From positions 1,409 through 65,408 of the forward strand of contig DATAXW010000001.1 of assembly GCA_036272895.1 (NCBI GenBank): a stretch of 64,000 nt of DNA. The letters run 5' to 3'. Positions 19,917 through 28,623 of the stretch are shown here, in pieces. The notes under the pieces were generated by a model. The model was not told the DNA's origin. It searched no databases and saw nothing but the letters and a program-made list of their open reading frames with translations. Origin of the DNA: Acidobacteriaceae bacterium. Its GTDB lineage: Bacteria > Acidobacteriota > Terriglobia > Terriglobales > Acidobacteriaceae. A program made the translations under genes and the position numbers. How positions within the stretch are numbered: position 1 is the first letter of the stretch; the number at the start of each line of letters is the position of its first letter.

Positions 19917-21364
19917 TGCTCTCCCTTCCCTCCATGAATAATCTCTGTCATCTCGGCCGGAGGCGCCGAGCGCCGGAGCGGAGAGACCTCTGTATTTCGT
20001 CTCTTGCGGCAGTCGCCACTGTTTTCGCACTCCTCACCACCGGCTGCACCGTCGGCCCCAACTACAAACGCCCGCAGGTCCCCGCGCCGCCCGCCTTCCG
20101 CGGCGCCGACAACGCCTCCGTCTCCAGCACTCCGCAGTCCTCTATCGCCGATCAGCAGTGGTCCGCCATCTTCCACCAGCCCGAGCTCCAGCAGCTCATC
20201 CGCACCGCGCTCGCCAACAACTACGACCTCCGCATCGCCGCCCAGCACGTCCTCGAGCAGCAGGCCCAGGTCCGCATCACCCGCGCGCAGGAGTTCCCGC
20301 AACTCAACGCCTCTCTCGCTGGAAGCGGAACGAACCTTCCCTCCTCCTTTCAGACCACCCCACCGGTCGAGTTCGGCCTCTCCGGCTCCTGGACGCCCGA
20401 CTTCTGGGGCCTCTACCGCCGCCAGACCGAAGCCGCCCGCGCCCAACTCCTCGCACAGCAGTGGGCGCAGAAGGCCGTCCGCCTCACCCTCGTCCAGCAG
20501 GTCGCGACTACATACTTCCAGCTCCGCGCCCTCGACCGCGAGCTCGCCATCGCGCAGGACACCGTCAAAGCCCGCCAGGGCTCCGTCGATCTCACCCGCC
20601 GTCTCGAGCGCGGCGGCGCCGCTCCGCTCTCCGACCTTCGCCAGGCCGAACAACTTCTCTACACCGCGACCGCGCAGATCCCGCAGATCGAGCAACAGAT
20701 CCAGCAGAACGAGAACGCCATGCGTCTTCTCCTCGGCGAAACCCCCGGCACCGTCGCGCACACCGACCCCACCGCACTCAATCCTCCACCCACCGACCTC
20801 CCCACCGGCATCCCCTCCCAGCTTCTCGAGCGCCGCCCCGACATCCAGCAGGCCGAAGCCCAGCTCCGCGCCGCCAACGCCAACATCGGCGTCGCCCGCG
20901 CGCAGTTCTTCCCGAATCTCTCCTTCAGCGGCGAAGCCGGAGCCGGCGGTGAAAACTTCGCCAATCTCTTCAGTGCGGTTCTCGGCACCGGAACCATCAC
21001 CCAGCCGCTCTTTGAAGGCGGCAAGCTCCGCGGCCAGCTCCAGCTCTCCAAAGCGCAAAAAGACGAGATGGTTCTCAACTATCAGAAGACCATCCTCGGC
21101 GCCTTCCGCGACGTCTCCAACGCGCTCATCGCCGTCCAGAAGACCCGCGACACCCGCATCGAACAAGCCAAGCTCGTCGCCGCCGCGCAGGACGCCGCCC
21201 GCCTCGCCAACATCCGCTACAAGGGCGGAGCGACCAGCTACCTCGAAGTCCTCACCACCAACACCAACCTCTTCACCGCGCAGCTCGCGCTCGTCACCGC
21301 GCAACAAGACGAAGCCCTCGCCCTCGTCCAGCTCTACAGCGCCCTCGGCGGCGGCTGGCAATAA
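19916..21364 (+). CDS. RND efflux outer-membrane lipoprotein (NodT/OprM family)
   Basis: ATG overlaps the RND stop (TAATG); lipobox LTTGC-TVGPNYKRP; PSQLLERRPDI; C-terminal LYSALGGGWQ. Confidence 0.93.
   Translation: MLSLPSMNNLCHLGRRRRAPERRDLCISSLAAVATVFALLTTGCTVGPNYKRPQVPAPPAFRGADNASVSSTPQSSIADQQWSAIFHQPELQQLIRTALANNYDLRIAAQHVLEQQAQVRITRAQEFPQLNASLAGSGTNLPSSFQTTPPVEFGLSGSWTPDFWGLYRRQTEAARAQLLAQQWAQKAVRLTLVQQVATTYFQLRALDRELAIAQDTVKARQGSVDLTRRLERGGAAPLSDLRQAEQLLYTATAQIPQIEQQIQQNENAMRLLLGETPGTVAHTDPTALNPPPTDLPTGIPSQLLERRPDIQQAEAQLRAANANIGVARAQFFPNLSFSGEAGAGGENFANLFSAVLGTGTITQPLFEGGKLRGQLQLSKAQKDEMVLNYQKTILGAFRDVSNALIAVQKTRDTRIEQAKLVAAAQDAARLANIRYKGGATSYLEVLTTNTNLFTAQLALVTAQQDEALALVQLYSALGGGWQ
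19946..19997 (+). repeat. REP-like palindromic element inside the efflux lipoprotein coding sequence
   Basis: TGTCATCTCGGCCGGAGGCGCCGAGCGCCGGAGCGGAGAGACCTCTGTATTTC. Shares the TGTCATC start with 3040, and start and end with the reverse complement of 40716-40777; internal GGCG/CGCC and TCTC/GAGA stems. Confidence 0.7.
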
Positions 21365-21825
21365 ACACAACTCATCCGAACATGAATGTGGAATAGAGAG
21401 AGCTCAATTTAAATCCGCGACAATCTTTGCTTAAGCTGCTATCGAACGCGACCCCACACTTTATTCGACAAGTTGTCGCATGATACATTTCCAACATGGC
21501 GCTTCGTACACGGAATCTTTCTCGTCGACTTTGTTGATCGACAGGTTCGCGCCTTGGCGGAGCTGCCCGGCTCCTCCTCTGACTCCCCCTATCTATCGCG
21601 CCGTATAACGCGTCAGCGTTTACATCCATTGGATGACATGATCTCAAGATCGATTGAGCTGCATCACCGTCTTCCGCGTGTCGAGCCCCTTCGGGGATCC
21701 ACGCCCCTTGCTTGTTGTCGCCTCTAAAACATCTCCCTCTTCTCATGCTGTTCGACCGATAGCCGCTACTTCGCCGGCCTATCCCCTGCATGTGTACGCC
21801 CGAGCTGCGTACCGCGGAGATCCCC

Positions 21826-24800
21826 ATGTTTCGACGTCTCGTTATTCTTGCCGCACTTCTAGTCGCTGCTATCACTCTCTCCGCCCAGGTCGTGGGCGGA
21901 ACCATCGGCGGCATCGTGACCGATGCAACCGGTGCCTCCCTCCCAAACGCCCGCGTCATTCTCCACAATCAGGAAACAGGCAACGAGCGGCATCTCGTCA
22001 CCGATTCCACCGGCGCCTACGCCGCTCCGTCGATTCCCGTCGGAACCTACACTCTCACCGCAACCCACGACGGCTTCTCTCCGCAGCTTCGCACCGGGAT
22101 CACCGTCACCGTCGGGCAGGCCGTCGCGGTCGACCTCTCCCTTGCGCCCGGAGGAGTGACTCAGCAGGTCACCGTTACCGATGAACCCGCGGCCGTCAAT
22201 GCCACCACCCAGCAGACCTCCGGACTCGTCAACCAGCGGCAGGTCAAAGAGCTTCCCTTGAACGGCCGCTCCTTCGACCAGCTCATCACGCTCAATCCCG
22301 GCGTGCTCAACTACACGGCGCAGCGTTCGGGTTCGGTGGGCACGTCAAACTCCTCTGTCGGCAGCATGTTCGTCGTCTCGGGCCGTCGCCCGCAGGACAA
22401 TCTCTACCTTCTGAATGGCGTGGAATATACCGGAGCCTCGCTCATCAATGTCACGCCGGGCGGCGCCTCCGGGCAGCTCCTCGGTGTCGATGCCGTTCGT
22501 GAGTTCAACGTGCTCTCCGACACCTATGGCGCAAACTATGGGAAACGCCAGGGCGCTCAGATCTCCATTGTCACCGCCTCCGGCGCCAACACTCTGCATG
22601 GCTCCGTCTACGAGTTCCTGCGCAACTCCTTCTTCGACGCCCGCAACTACTTCGATCAGGCGCGCATCCCCAAATTCCAGCGAAACAACTTCGGCGCTTC
22701 GCTCGGAGGTCCGCTCCGCCGGGACAAGCTCTTCCTCTTCGCTAACTACGAGGGCTATCGGCAGAATCTGGGCATTACCGATGTGACTCTCGTGCCCGAC
22801 GCTGCCTCGCGCGCCTCTGCAGCCCCGAACGTGAAGCCGTTTCTCAATCTCTGGCCGGTGGCAAACGGGCCTGAGATTGGCAACGGGATCGCAGAAGCCT
22901 TTTCCTCGCCGGCGCAGCACATTCGCGAGGACTTCGGAACCACTCGCTTCGACGCCAATCTCACACCCAACGATCTTCTCTTCGCCGTCTACACCATCGA
23001 CGATTCGACAGCCCACACGCCCACCCAGGATCCACTCTCTCTGATCGACGAAAGCCTGAGAGAGCAGGTGCTCAGCGCCCAGGAGCAGCACGTCTTCTCA
23101 CCTCGTCTGCTCAATACCTTCCGTGTAGGTTTCTCGCGCGCGAGCTTCCTCTTCCTCGGCAGCGTGCCCACTGCGGTGCAGGCGGTGACACCGAGCTTCA
23201 TCTCCGGCCTGCCCACCGGCGCCGTCGTCATCGCCGGCTCGACTGCGTCCAACGGCAGCTCACAGATCACAGGAGCCGGAGCCAACGTCGGTTCCAATAA
23301 CGCCACGACGCGCAATCTCTATACAGTCGACGATCACATCTTTTACACCCTCGGAAAGCACCAGATCGAAGCCGGCATCTGGCTCCAGCGGCTGCAGTCG
23401 AACGACAACCTCGCTCAGAATCAGTACGGCCAGGCATCGTTCGCGTCGCTCGCAACCTTCCTCACCGGCACCATCAAAACCTTCACCGTTGTGCCCTCTC
23501 CTACCGAGCTCGCATGGCGCTCGCTCTTCGCCGCCGCCTACGTCGAAGACACCTGGAAACCGACGCCCGCCCTCGAGATCCGCGCCGGCCTTCGCTCCGA
23601 ATCGACGACCGGCTGGAATGAAGCTCAGGGCCGTGCCGCCGTCTACGGCTTTACACCGTCCGCCGTCAGCGGAGAACTGCCCGTCATCAACACCAACCCC
23701 ACCACGGGAAGCTCCGGTCTCACCGACAATCGCGCAAAGTTTCTTCCCGAGCCCCGCTTCGGCCTCGCATGGAACGTCCGTGAGGCAGGCAAGACTGCGG
23801 TGAAAGCTTCCTTCGGTCTCCATCACTCCCTGCTCGATAACCTCGACTATCGCTTCGATCAATCCGCTCCCTACAACACCACGCTGTCCTACGCCAACGT
23901 TCCCATCACCGACCCCACCCACGGCGCTGCGGGCCTGGTGTCCCCATCCAACGTGCAGCCCGACATCGCCACGCCAACCGTCCTCGCCTGGACCCTCAGC
24001 GTCGAGCAGCAGATCGCTCCCGCCACCTCTCTCACCATCGGCTACGTCGGATCGCACGGATATCATCAGATCCTCTCCGAAGATCTCAACCAGCCCAACT
24101 CCATTGTGTGCTCCGCTTCCCTCACCTGCCCCGCCGGCGTCCCAGACGGAACCATCTACTATCCATCCACCACCAAAGCCAACCCCGCCGTCGCCAACAC
24201 CACATCCTGGGTCTCCCAGGGCTACAGCAACTACAACGCGCTGGAGCTTGACCTTCGCCGCTCGCTCGCCAACGGTCTGCAACTGCGCGCCAACTACACC
24301 TTCGCCAAAAATCTCGACAACGGCTCTGCGTGGAACACCAGCGTATCGGCTAATACCCCCGCCTTCGTCTCCTATCCCGCAAATTCAGCGCTCGACTACG
24401 GCCGCGCCGCCACCGACGTCCGCCACATCGCTGCCATCAACGCGACCTACGATCTTCCGCTGGGTCGCCGGCAACGGTTCCTCAGCAACACCTCATCCGC
24501 TGTCAATCGCCTCATCTCCGGCTGGACCCTCGCGTCCATCGCCAATCTCGAAAGCGGATTTCCCTTCTCGCCACAGCTCGGCTACAACCCGACCGGCTCA
24601 GGAGACACCCGCAATCCCGTACGGCCCGACATTAACCCGAACTTCCACGGCCCGCTCTATTCCTCCGGCGGCACCGCGCAGCGCGTGGCGCGCTTCTTCG
24701 ATTCCGGCGCCTTCTCTGCTCCGGCCTACGGCACCCTCGGCAACGTCGGACGCGATACCTTGACTGGCCCCGGCTACACCGATTGGGACCTGTCCCTGCT

Positions 24801-25032
24801 TAAAACGACTCAATTCACGGAACGTGCTCGCCTTCAGTTCCGGGCTGAATTCTTCAATATCCTCAACCACACAAACCTCCAGACTCCTAACCCGGTCGTC
24901 TTCTCTTCAGGCCCTACCCAGGGGACGACTGCTAACCAGACAGCGGCTGTGGTTCAGAGTCCCACAGCAGGAGTGATCACGGCGGCTTCGACGAGCCGTC
25001 AGATTCAACTTGGGCTCAAGCTCCTGTTCTAG
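21826..25032 (+). CDS. TonB-dependent receptor (Oar-like, N-terminal carboxypeptidase-regulatory-like domain)
   Basis: Signal peptide; GTIGGIVTDATGA, LPLNGRSF, LHGSVYEFLRNS, LQFRAEFFNILNH; terminal RQIQLGLKLLF. Confidence 0.93.
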   Translation: MFRRLVILAALLVAAITLSAQVVGGTIGGIVTDATGASLPNARVILHNQETGNERHLVTDSTGAYAAPSIPVGTYTLTATHDGFSPQLRTGITVTVGQAVAVDLSLAPGGVTQQVTVTDEPAAVNATTQQTSGLVNQRQVKELPLNGRSFDQLITLNPGVLNYTAQRSGSVGTSNSSVGSMFVVSGRRPQDNLYLLNGVEYTGASLINVTPGGASGQLLGVDAVREFNVLSDTYGANYGKRQGAQISIVTASGANTLHGSVYEFLRNSFFDARNYFDQARIPKFQRNNFGASLGGPLRRDKLFLFANYEGYRQNLGITDVTLVPDAASRASAAPNVKPFLNLWPVANGPEIGNGIAEAFSSPAQHIREDFGTTRFDANLTPNDLLFAVYTIDDSTAHTPTQDPLSLIDESLREQVLSAQEQHVFSPRLLNTFRVGFSRASFLFLGSVPTAVQAVTPSFISGLPTGAVVIAGSTASNGSSQITGAGANVGSNNATTRNLYTVDDHIFYTLGKHQIEAGIWLQRLQSNDNLAQNQYGQASFASLATFLTGTIKTFTVVPSPTELAWRSLFAAAYVEDTWKPTPALEIRAGLRSESTTGWNEAQGRAAVYGFTPSAVSGELPVINTNPTTGSSGLTDNRAKFLPEPRFGLAWNVREAGKTAVKASFGLHHSLLDNLDYRFDQSAPYNTTLSYANVPITDPTHGAAGLVSPSNVQPDIATPTVLAWTLSVEQQIAPATSLTIGYVGSHGYHQILSEDLNQPNSIVCSASLTCPAGVPDGTIYYPSTTKANPAVANTTSWVSQGYSNYNALELDLRRSLANGLQLRANYTFAKNLDNGSAWNTSVSANTPAFVSYPANSALDYGRAATDVRHIAAINATYDLPLGRRQRFLSNTSSAVNRLISGWTLASIANLESGFPFSPQLGYNPTGSGDTRNPVRPDINPNFHGPLYSSGGTAQRVARFFDSGAFSAPAYGTLGNVGRDTLTGPGYTDWDLSLLKTTQFTERARLQFRAEFFNILNHTNLQTPNPVVFSSGPTQGTTANQTAAVVQSPTAGVITAASTSRQIQLGLKLLF

Positions 25033-25094
25033 GGCGTGTAGCCGGTGTTCCGGGAAGAGGCGGCGGCGGACGAAGAGCGCCACACCTCAGCCCC

Positions 25095-25238
25095 TTGACT
25101 CACCCTGTACAATTAAACAAAGAGACAAAGGCCCGGCGCGCGCCGGGCCTTTGCACTTACCAGCCCCTTCGCTGCGCCCGAAGTCCGGACCTAACTCTTT
25201 TCATCCGAAGACTTTGCGCAAAATAAGGGGGAGGGGGG
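25095..25238 (+). repeat. Dispersed intergenic element, copy B
   Basis: TTGACT-CACCCTG-TACAAT; hairpin CAAAGGCCCGGCG/CGCCGGGCCTTTG; CCCGAAGTCCGGACCTAA-N12-GAAGACTTTGCGCAAAAT; GGGGGAGGGGGG. Confidence 0.88.
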
Positions 25239-25313
25239 AGCATTCTCCTGAAGGCGTAGTGAAGACGGAAACCGCGTATCAGGAGAAATGCTCTAGACTA
25301 CCGCACAGGCCCA

Positions 25314-26354
25314 ATGGCAAAGCAGAAACCAAGCTCCGCCGCTCCGCCGCGCGTCAGCCTCAAGATGCTCGCCGAGCACCTCGACCTCTCCCCCGCCACC
25401 GTCTCCTTCGTCCTCAACAACGCCCCCAACCGGTCCATCCCCCAGGTCACCCGCGACCGCGTCAAAGCCGCCGCAAAAAAGTTCGGCTATCGCCCCAACC
25501 TCATCGCCCGTTCCCTCCGCGGAACCAATACCTGCACCATCGGCATCCTGCTCCCGGTCTTCGGCGAAGGCTACCACTCCCAGGTCCTCGAAGGCGCCGG
25601 CGACGTCTTCATGAAGGAGGGCTACTTCTTCTTCACCGCCCACCATCGCCACCGCAAGGACCTCGTCGCCGAATACCCGCAGCTGCTCTTCTCCCGCGGC
25701 GTCGAAGGCATCCTCGCCATCGACACCCACCTCGAAGAGGCCCCGCCTTCACCCACCGTCGCCATCGCCAGCCACACCGCACTCCCCGGCGTCACCAACA
25801 TCCTCCTCGACAGCCACCGCGCCGCCGAACTCACCCTCGGCCATCTCTACCGCCTCGGCCACCGCCACATCGCCTTCATGCAGGGCCAGGAGTTCAGCTC
25901 CGACTCCCACGCGCGCTGGAAGGCCACCCTGCAGGTCGCCCGCACCCTCGGCCTCCGTGTCGACCCCGACCTCACCATCCGCCTCAGCAAGGACATGCAG
26001 TCCCCCGAGCTCGGCTACCCCGGCGTCCAGCGGCTCCTCGCCCGCCGCCGCGACTTCACCGCCGTCGTATGCTTCAACGACATCTCCGCCATCGGCTGCA
26101 TCCGCGCCCTCCACGACGGCGGCCTGCGCGTCCCCGCCGACGTCTCCGTCGTCGGCTTCGACGACATCCTCTCCGCCAGCTACCATGTGCCCAGCCTCAC
26201 CACCATCCGCCAGCCCCTCCACACTCTCGGCGCTCTGGCCGCCACCACCCTCCTCAAGAAGATGGCCCACGACCCGCAGCCCGATAGCATCCACATCGAA
26301 CCCGAGCTGGTCATCCGCGAGTCCACCGGCCTCTCCCCCATGAAGTCACCCTGA
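25314..26354 (+). CDS. LacI-family transcriptional regulator
   Basis: SLKMLAEHLDLSPATVSFVLN HTH; YRPNLIARSL hinge; VSVVGFDD, PSLTTIRQP. Confidence 0.95.
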   Translation: MAKQKPSSAAPPRVSLKMLAEHLDLSPATVSFVLNNAPNRSIPQVTRDRVKAAAKKFGYRPNLIARSLRGTNTCTIGILLPVFGEGYHSQVLEGAGDVFMKEGYFFFTAHHRHRKDLVAEYPQLLFSRGVEGILAIDTHLEEAPPSPTVAIASHTALPGVTNILLDSHRAAELTLGHLYRLGHRHIAFMQGQEFSSDSHARWKATLQVARTLGLRVDPDLTIRLSKDMQSPELGYPGVQRLLARRRDFTAVVCFNDISAIGCIRALHDGGLRVPADVSVVGFDDILSASYHVPSLTTIRQPLHTLGALAATTLLKKMAHDPQPDSIHIEPELVIRESTGLSPMKSP

Positions 26355-26402
26355 CCGAACTCGCACCGACGCATCGCAGCCTCCTCGCTACAATGGGATC
26401 GC

Positions 26403-27188
26403 ATGCCGACGTCCCCTGAACCCTCTCCCAACATCCTCGACCAGTTCCGTCTGGACGGCCGCACTGCCCTCGTGACGGGCGCTGCCAGCGGCCTCGGCGC
26501 GGCCATCGCCCTCGCACTGGCACAGGCCGGTGCCCGAGTCGCGGTCCACGGCAACCGCCGCCCCGCGACCGAAACCGCCGCACGCATAGGCAGAGAGTCT
26601 GCCGCATTCCAGGCAGATCTCTCCACCCCCGCCGGCCCCGGTCAGCTCTTCCGCGACGTCAAAGAACATTTCGACCACGCCATCGACATCCTTGTTAACA
26701 ACGCGGGCACAATCCACCGAGATGCCGCCGAGGACTTCAAGCTCGACGACTGGCAACGGGTTCTGCAAGTCAACCTCACCAGCGTCTTCCAGCTCTCACA
26801 GCTCGTTGCGCGGGACATCTTGGCGCGAGGTTACGGCGGTAAGATCATCAACATTGCGTCGCTCCTCAGCTTTCAGGGTGGTATCCGTGTGCCGGCCTAC
26901 GCGGCTTCCAAGGGAGGCGTCGCGCAGTTGACCAAAGCGCTCGCGAACGAGTGGGCACCACACAAAATCCACGTCAATGCCATCGCTCCTGGATATTTTG
27001 CGACGTCGAATACCGAGGCGCTGCAGGCGGATGAGACTCGTAACCGGCAGATTCTGGAGAGGATACCGGTCGGACGGTGGGGTGAACCCCAGGATCTGGC
27101 GGGAGCGGCGGTTTTCCTCGCATCTGCTGCAAGTAATTATGTTACGGGCACTGTACTGGTCGTCGACGGCGGATGGATGGCGAGATAG
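26403..27188 (+). CDS. kduD: 2-dehydro-3-deoxy-D-gluconate 5-dehydrogenase (SDR)
   Basis: TGAASGLG, NNAG, KIINIASLLSFQGGIRVPAYAASK, ILERIPVGRWG, VDGGWMAR are typical of KduD. Confidence 0.9.
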   Translation: MPTSPEPSPNILDQFRLDGRTALVTGAASGLGAAIALALAQAGARVAVHGNRRPATETAARIGRESAAFQADLSTPAGPGQLFRDVKEHFDHAIDILVNNAGTIHRDAAEDFKLDDWQRVLQVNLTSVFQLSQLVARDILARGYGGKIINIASLLSFQGGIRVPAYAASKGGVAQLTKALANEWAPHKIHVNAIAPGYFATSNTEALQADETRNRQILERIPVGRWGEPQDLAGAAVFLASAASNYVTGTVLVVDGGWMAR

Positions 27189-27250
27189 ACCACGTTTCGC
27201 TGTGGTTTCCGGGTGGTTTTTTGTGGTTCCGTTGCGGTTCCGTGCACCAC
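27189..27250 (+). repeat. Helically phased GTGGTT-box array flanked by ACCAC
   Basis: GTGGTT at 27202, 27213 and 27223, GCGGTT at 27234 (spacing 11, 10, 11); inverted ACCAC at 27189 and 27246. Confidence 0.6.
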
Positions 27251-27305
27251 GTGCTAACACGATCGTGCGATTGGGTCGGCCCGTCGGAGCTCCCATACTT
27301 GGCAG

Positions 27306-27536
27306 ATGGCGCGGAGCGGAGATGGTCTCGAGGATATTATTCTGAGGCTTCCCGCGTCGTTGCGGAGCCGGGCCGAGGAGATGGCCGCGAGCGAGGAGCT
27401 GTCACTCAATCTGTTCGTGGCGACGGCGATCGCGGAGAGGCTGCAGCGTCTTCAGTTGAGCCATTGCCTGGGGATCTCCGACCAAGATGAGCTCCGTCAC
27501 CGCCGGGTGGGCGAAGGGCTTCCTCTGATTCACTAG
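27306..27536 (+). CDS. Small ribbon-helix-helix protein (HicB/Arc-like DNA-binding domain)
   Basis: IILRLPASLRSRAEEMAASEELSLNLFVATAIAERL matches the LRLP..L....A..E..SLN RHH pattern. Confidence 0.7.
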   Translation: MARSGDGLEDIILRLPASLRSRAEEMAASEELSLNLFVATAIAERLQRLQLSHCLGISDQDELRHRRVGEGLPLIH

Positions 27537-27680
27537 TGTTTTGATCGCCTGACGGGCGTATCGCCTCTCGACTTCCGCGCAGAAACAGGCTCGGATGGCA
27601 TGGCGACATGGTGTTGCGGGCGCTACAAAAGGCGTAGCTGCGAGGCCCCCAGATCCGAGAGAAACTTCTACGACTGCGAC

Positions 27681-27763
27681 TGTGCAATTCCTTGCACATT
27701 GCTCTTCGGTGGCTCAGGTAACCGCTTGATTTCAGGGATAGTCAGTTCGGCACGCAATGTGCA
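27681..27763 (+). promoter_or_regulatory. Sigma-54 promoter with IHF site and palindromic enhancer (UAS), upstream of a PEP-CTERM gene
   Basis: TGTGCAA-TTCC-TTGCACA palindrome 27681-27698; AATCAA-GCGG-TTA on the minus strand at 27719-27731 (exact WATCAA-N4-TTR); CGGCACGCAATGTGCA with GG(27749)-N10-GC(27761). Confidence 0.8.
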
Positions 27764-27910
27764 ACTAGGGACTGCGAGCACGCAGACGATTGGGGCCCGG
27801 CAGCACTGGTTCGCTGGCCACCGCTTCAAGGGGAGGGTCTTGCAGCTCAAGGCGGCAGCAAAATCAGGGCACCTCCGCGGAGGTGGAGGTTCAGGAGGAT
27901 TAAAGGGACT

Positions 27911-28537
27911 ATGAAGACAACATTCAAAATTCTTGCTCTCGGGGCTGCAATTGCAGCATCCGCAACTTTGGCGAAGGCGGATACCATCAACGGGACCTTC
28001 GCCATGTCGGGAAATGACACCTACACCAGCTCGAGCGTCAACTTCACGAATTCGGTGGTGGGCGCAGCCGGTGATACGGGGAAAACTGGGATTACGGGCA
28101 GCTTCGCCACCTATCTGAACGACGGCGATGCTGTGATCTTCACCAACCCGATCGACTACACCCAGGGCACAAACGTCGTAAACCCTGCGGCGCTGGCCTT
28201 CACCATCGACGACGGATCGAGTAACCCACTGTATACCTACGACGTGTCGGAGTATACCGCCACGTACGTCGACCTTGGCAGCGGGAACACCTACCTGATC
28301 ATCACAGGCCACGGCACGTTCAACGGAGAGGGCGCTGCCGCGGGGTTGGGATCGGCACCCGGCACCTTCTACTTCAGCACCCAGACCGTTGACTACTCGC
28401 CGGGCGGTACGACCTTCTCGGTCTCCGCTGGATCGCTTGGACCGGTTCCTGAGCCGAGCAGTCTGGCTCTGTTAGGGACCAGCCTTCTGGGCGCCGCGGC
28501 GATCGCTCGCCGCCGCTTTCTCGCCCGGTTGTCGTAA
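27911..28537 (+). CDS. PEP-CTERM sorting-domain surface protein (Ser/Thr/Gly-rich)
   Basis: Signal peptide MKTTFKILALGAAIAASATLAKA; C-terminal VPEPSSLALLGTSLLGAAAIARRRF. Confidence 0.95.
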   Translation: MKTTFKILALGAAIAASATLAKADTINGTFAMSGNDTYTSSSVNFTNSVVGAAGDTGKTGITGSFATYLNDGDAVIFTNPIDYTQGTNVVNPAALAFTIDDGSSNPLYTYDVSEYTATYVDLGSGNTYLIITGHGTFNGEGAAAGLGSAPGTFYFSTQTVDYSPGGTTFSVSAGSLGPVPEPSSLALLGTSLLGAAAIARRRFLARLS

Positions 28538-28560
28538 GTTCTCAACCTTAACAAGACTCA

Positions 28561-28590
28561 GGGAGCCCTCGCGGGCTCCCGTTCTTTTTG
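28561..28590 (+). terminator. Intrinsic terminator
   Basis: GGGAGCCC-TCGC-GGGCTCCC followed by GTTCTTTTT, just after the PEP-CTERM stop. Confidence 0.8.
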
Positions 28591-28623
28591 GCCGCAGATC
28601 TTCCGGCTTCAGGGGATCTGATT

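Noticed and set aside
21473-21727. 84-aa ORF in the intergenic region before the TonB receptor
   Set aside because: TTG start, no RBS, atypical codon usage and no recognisable motif.
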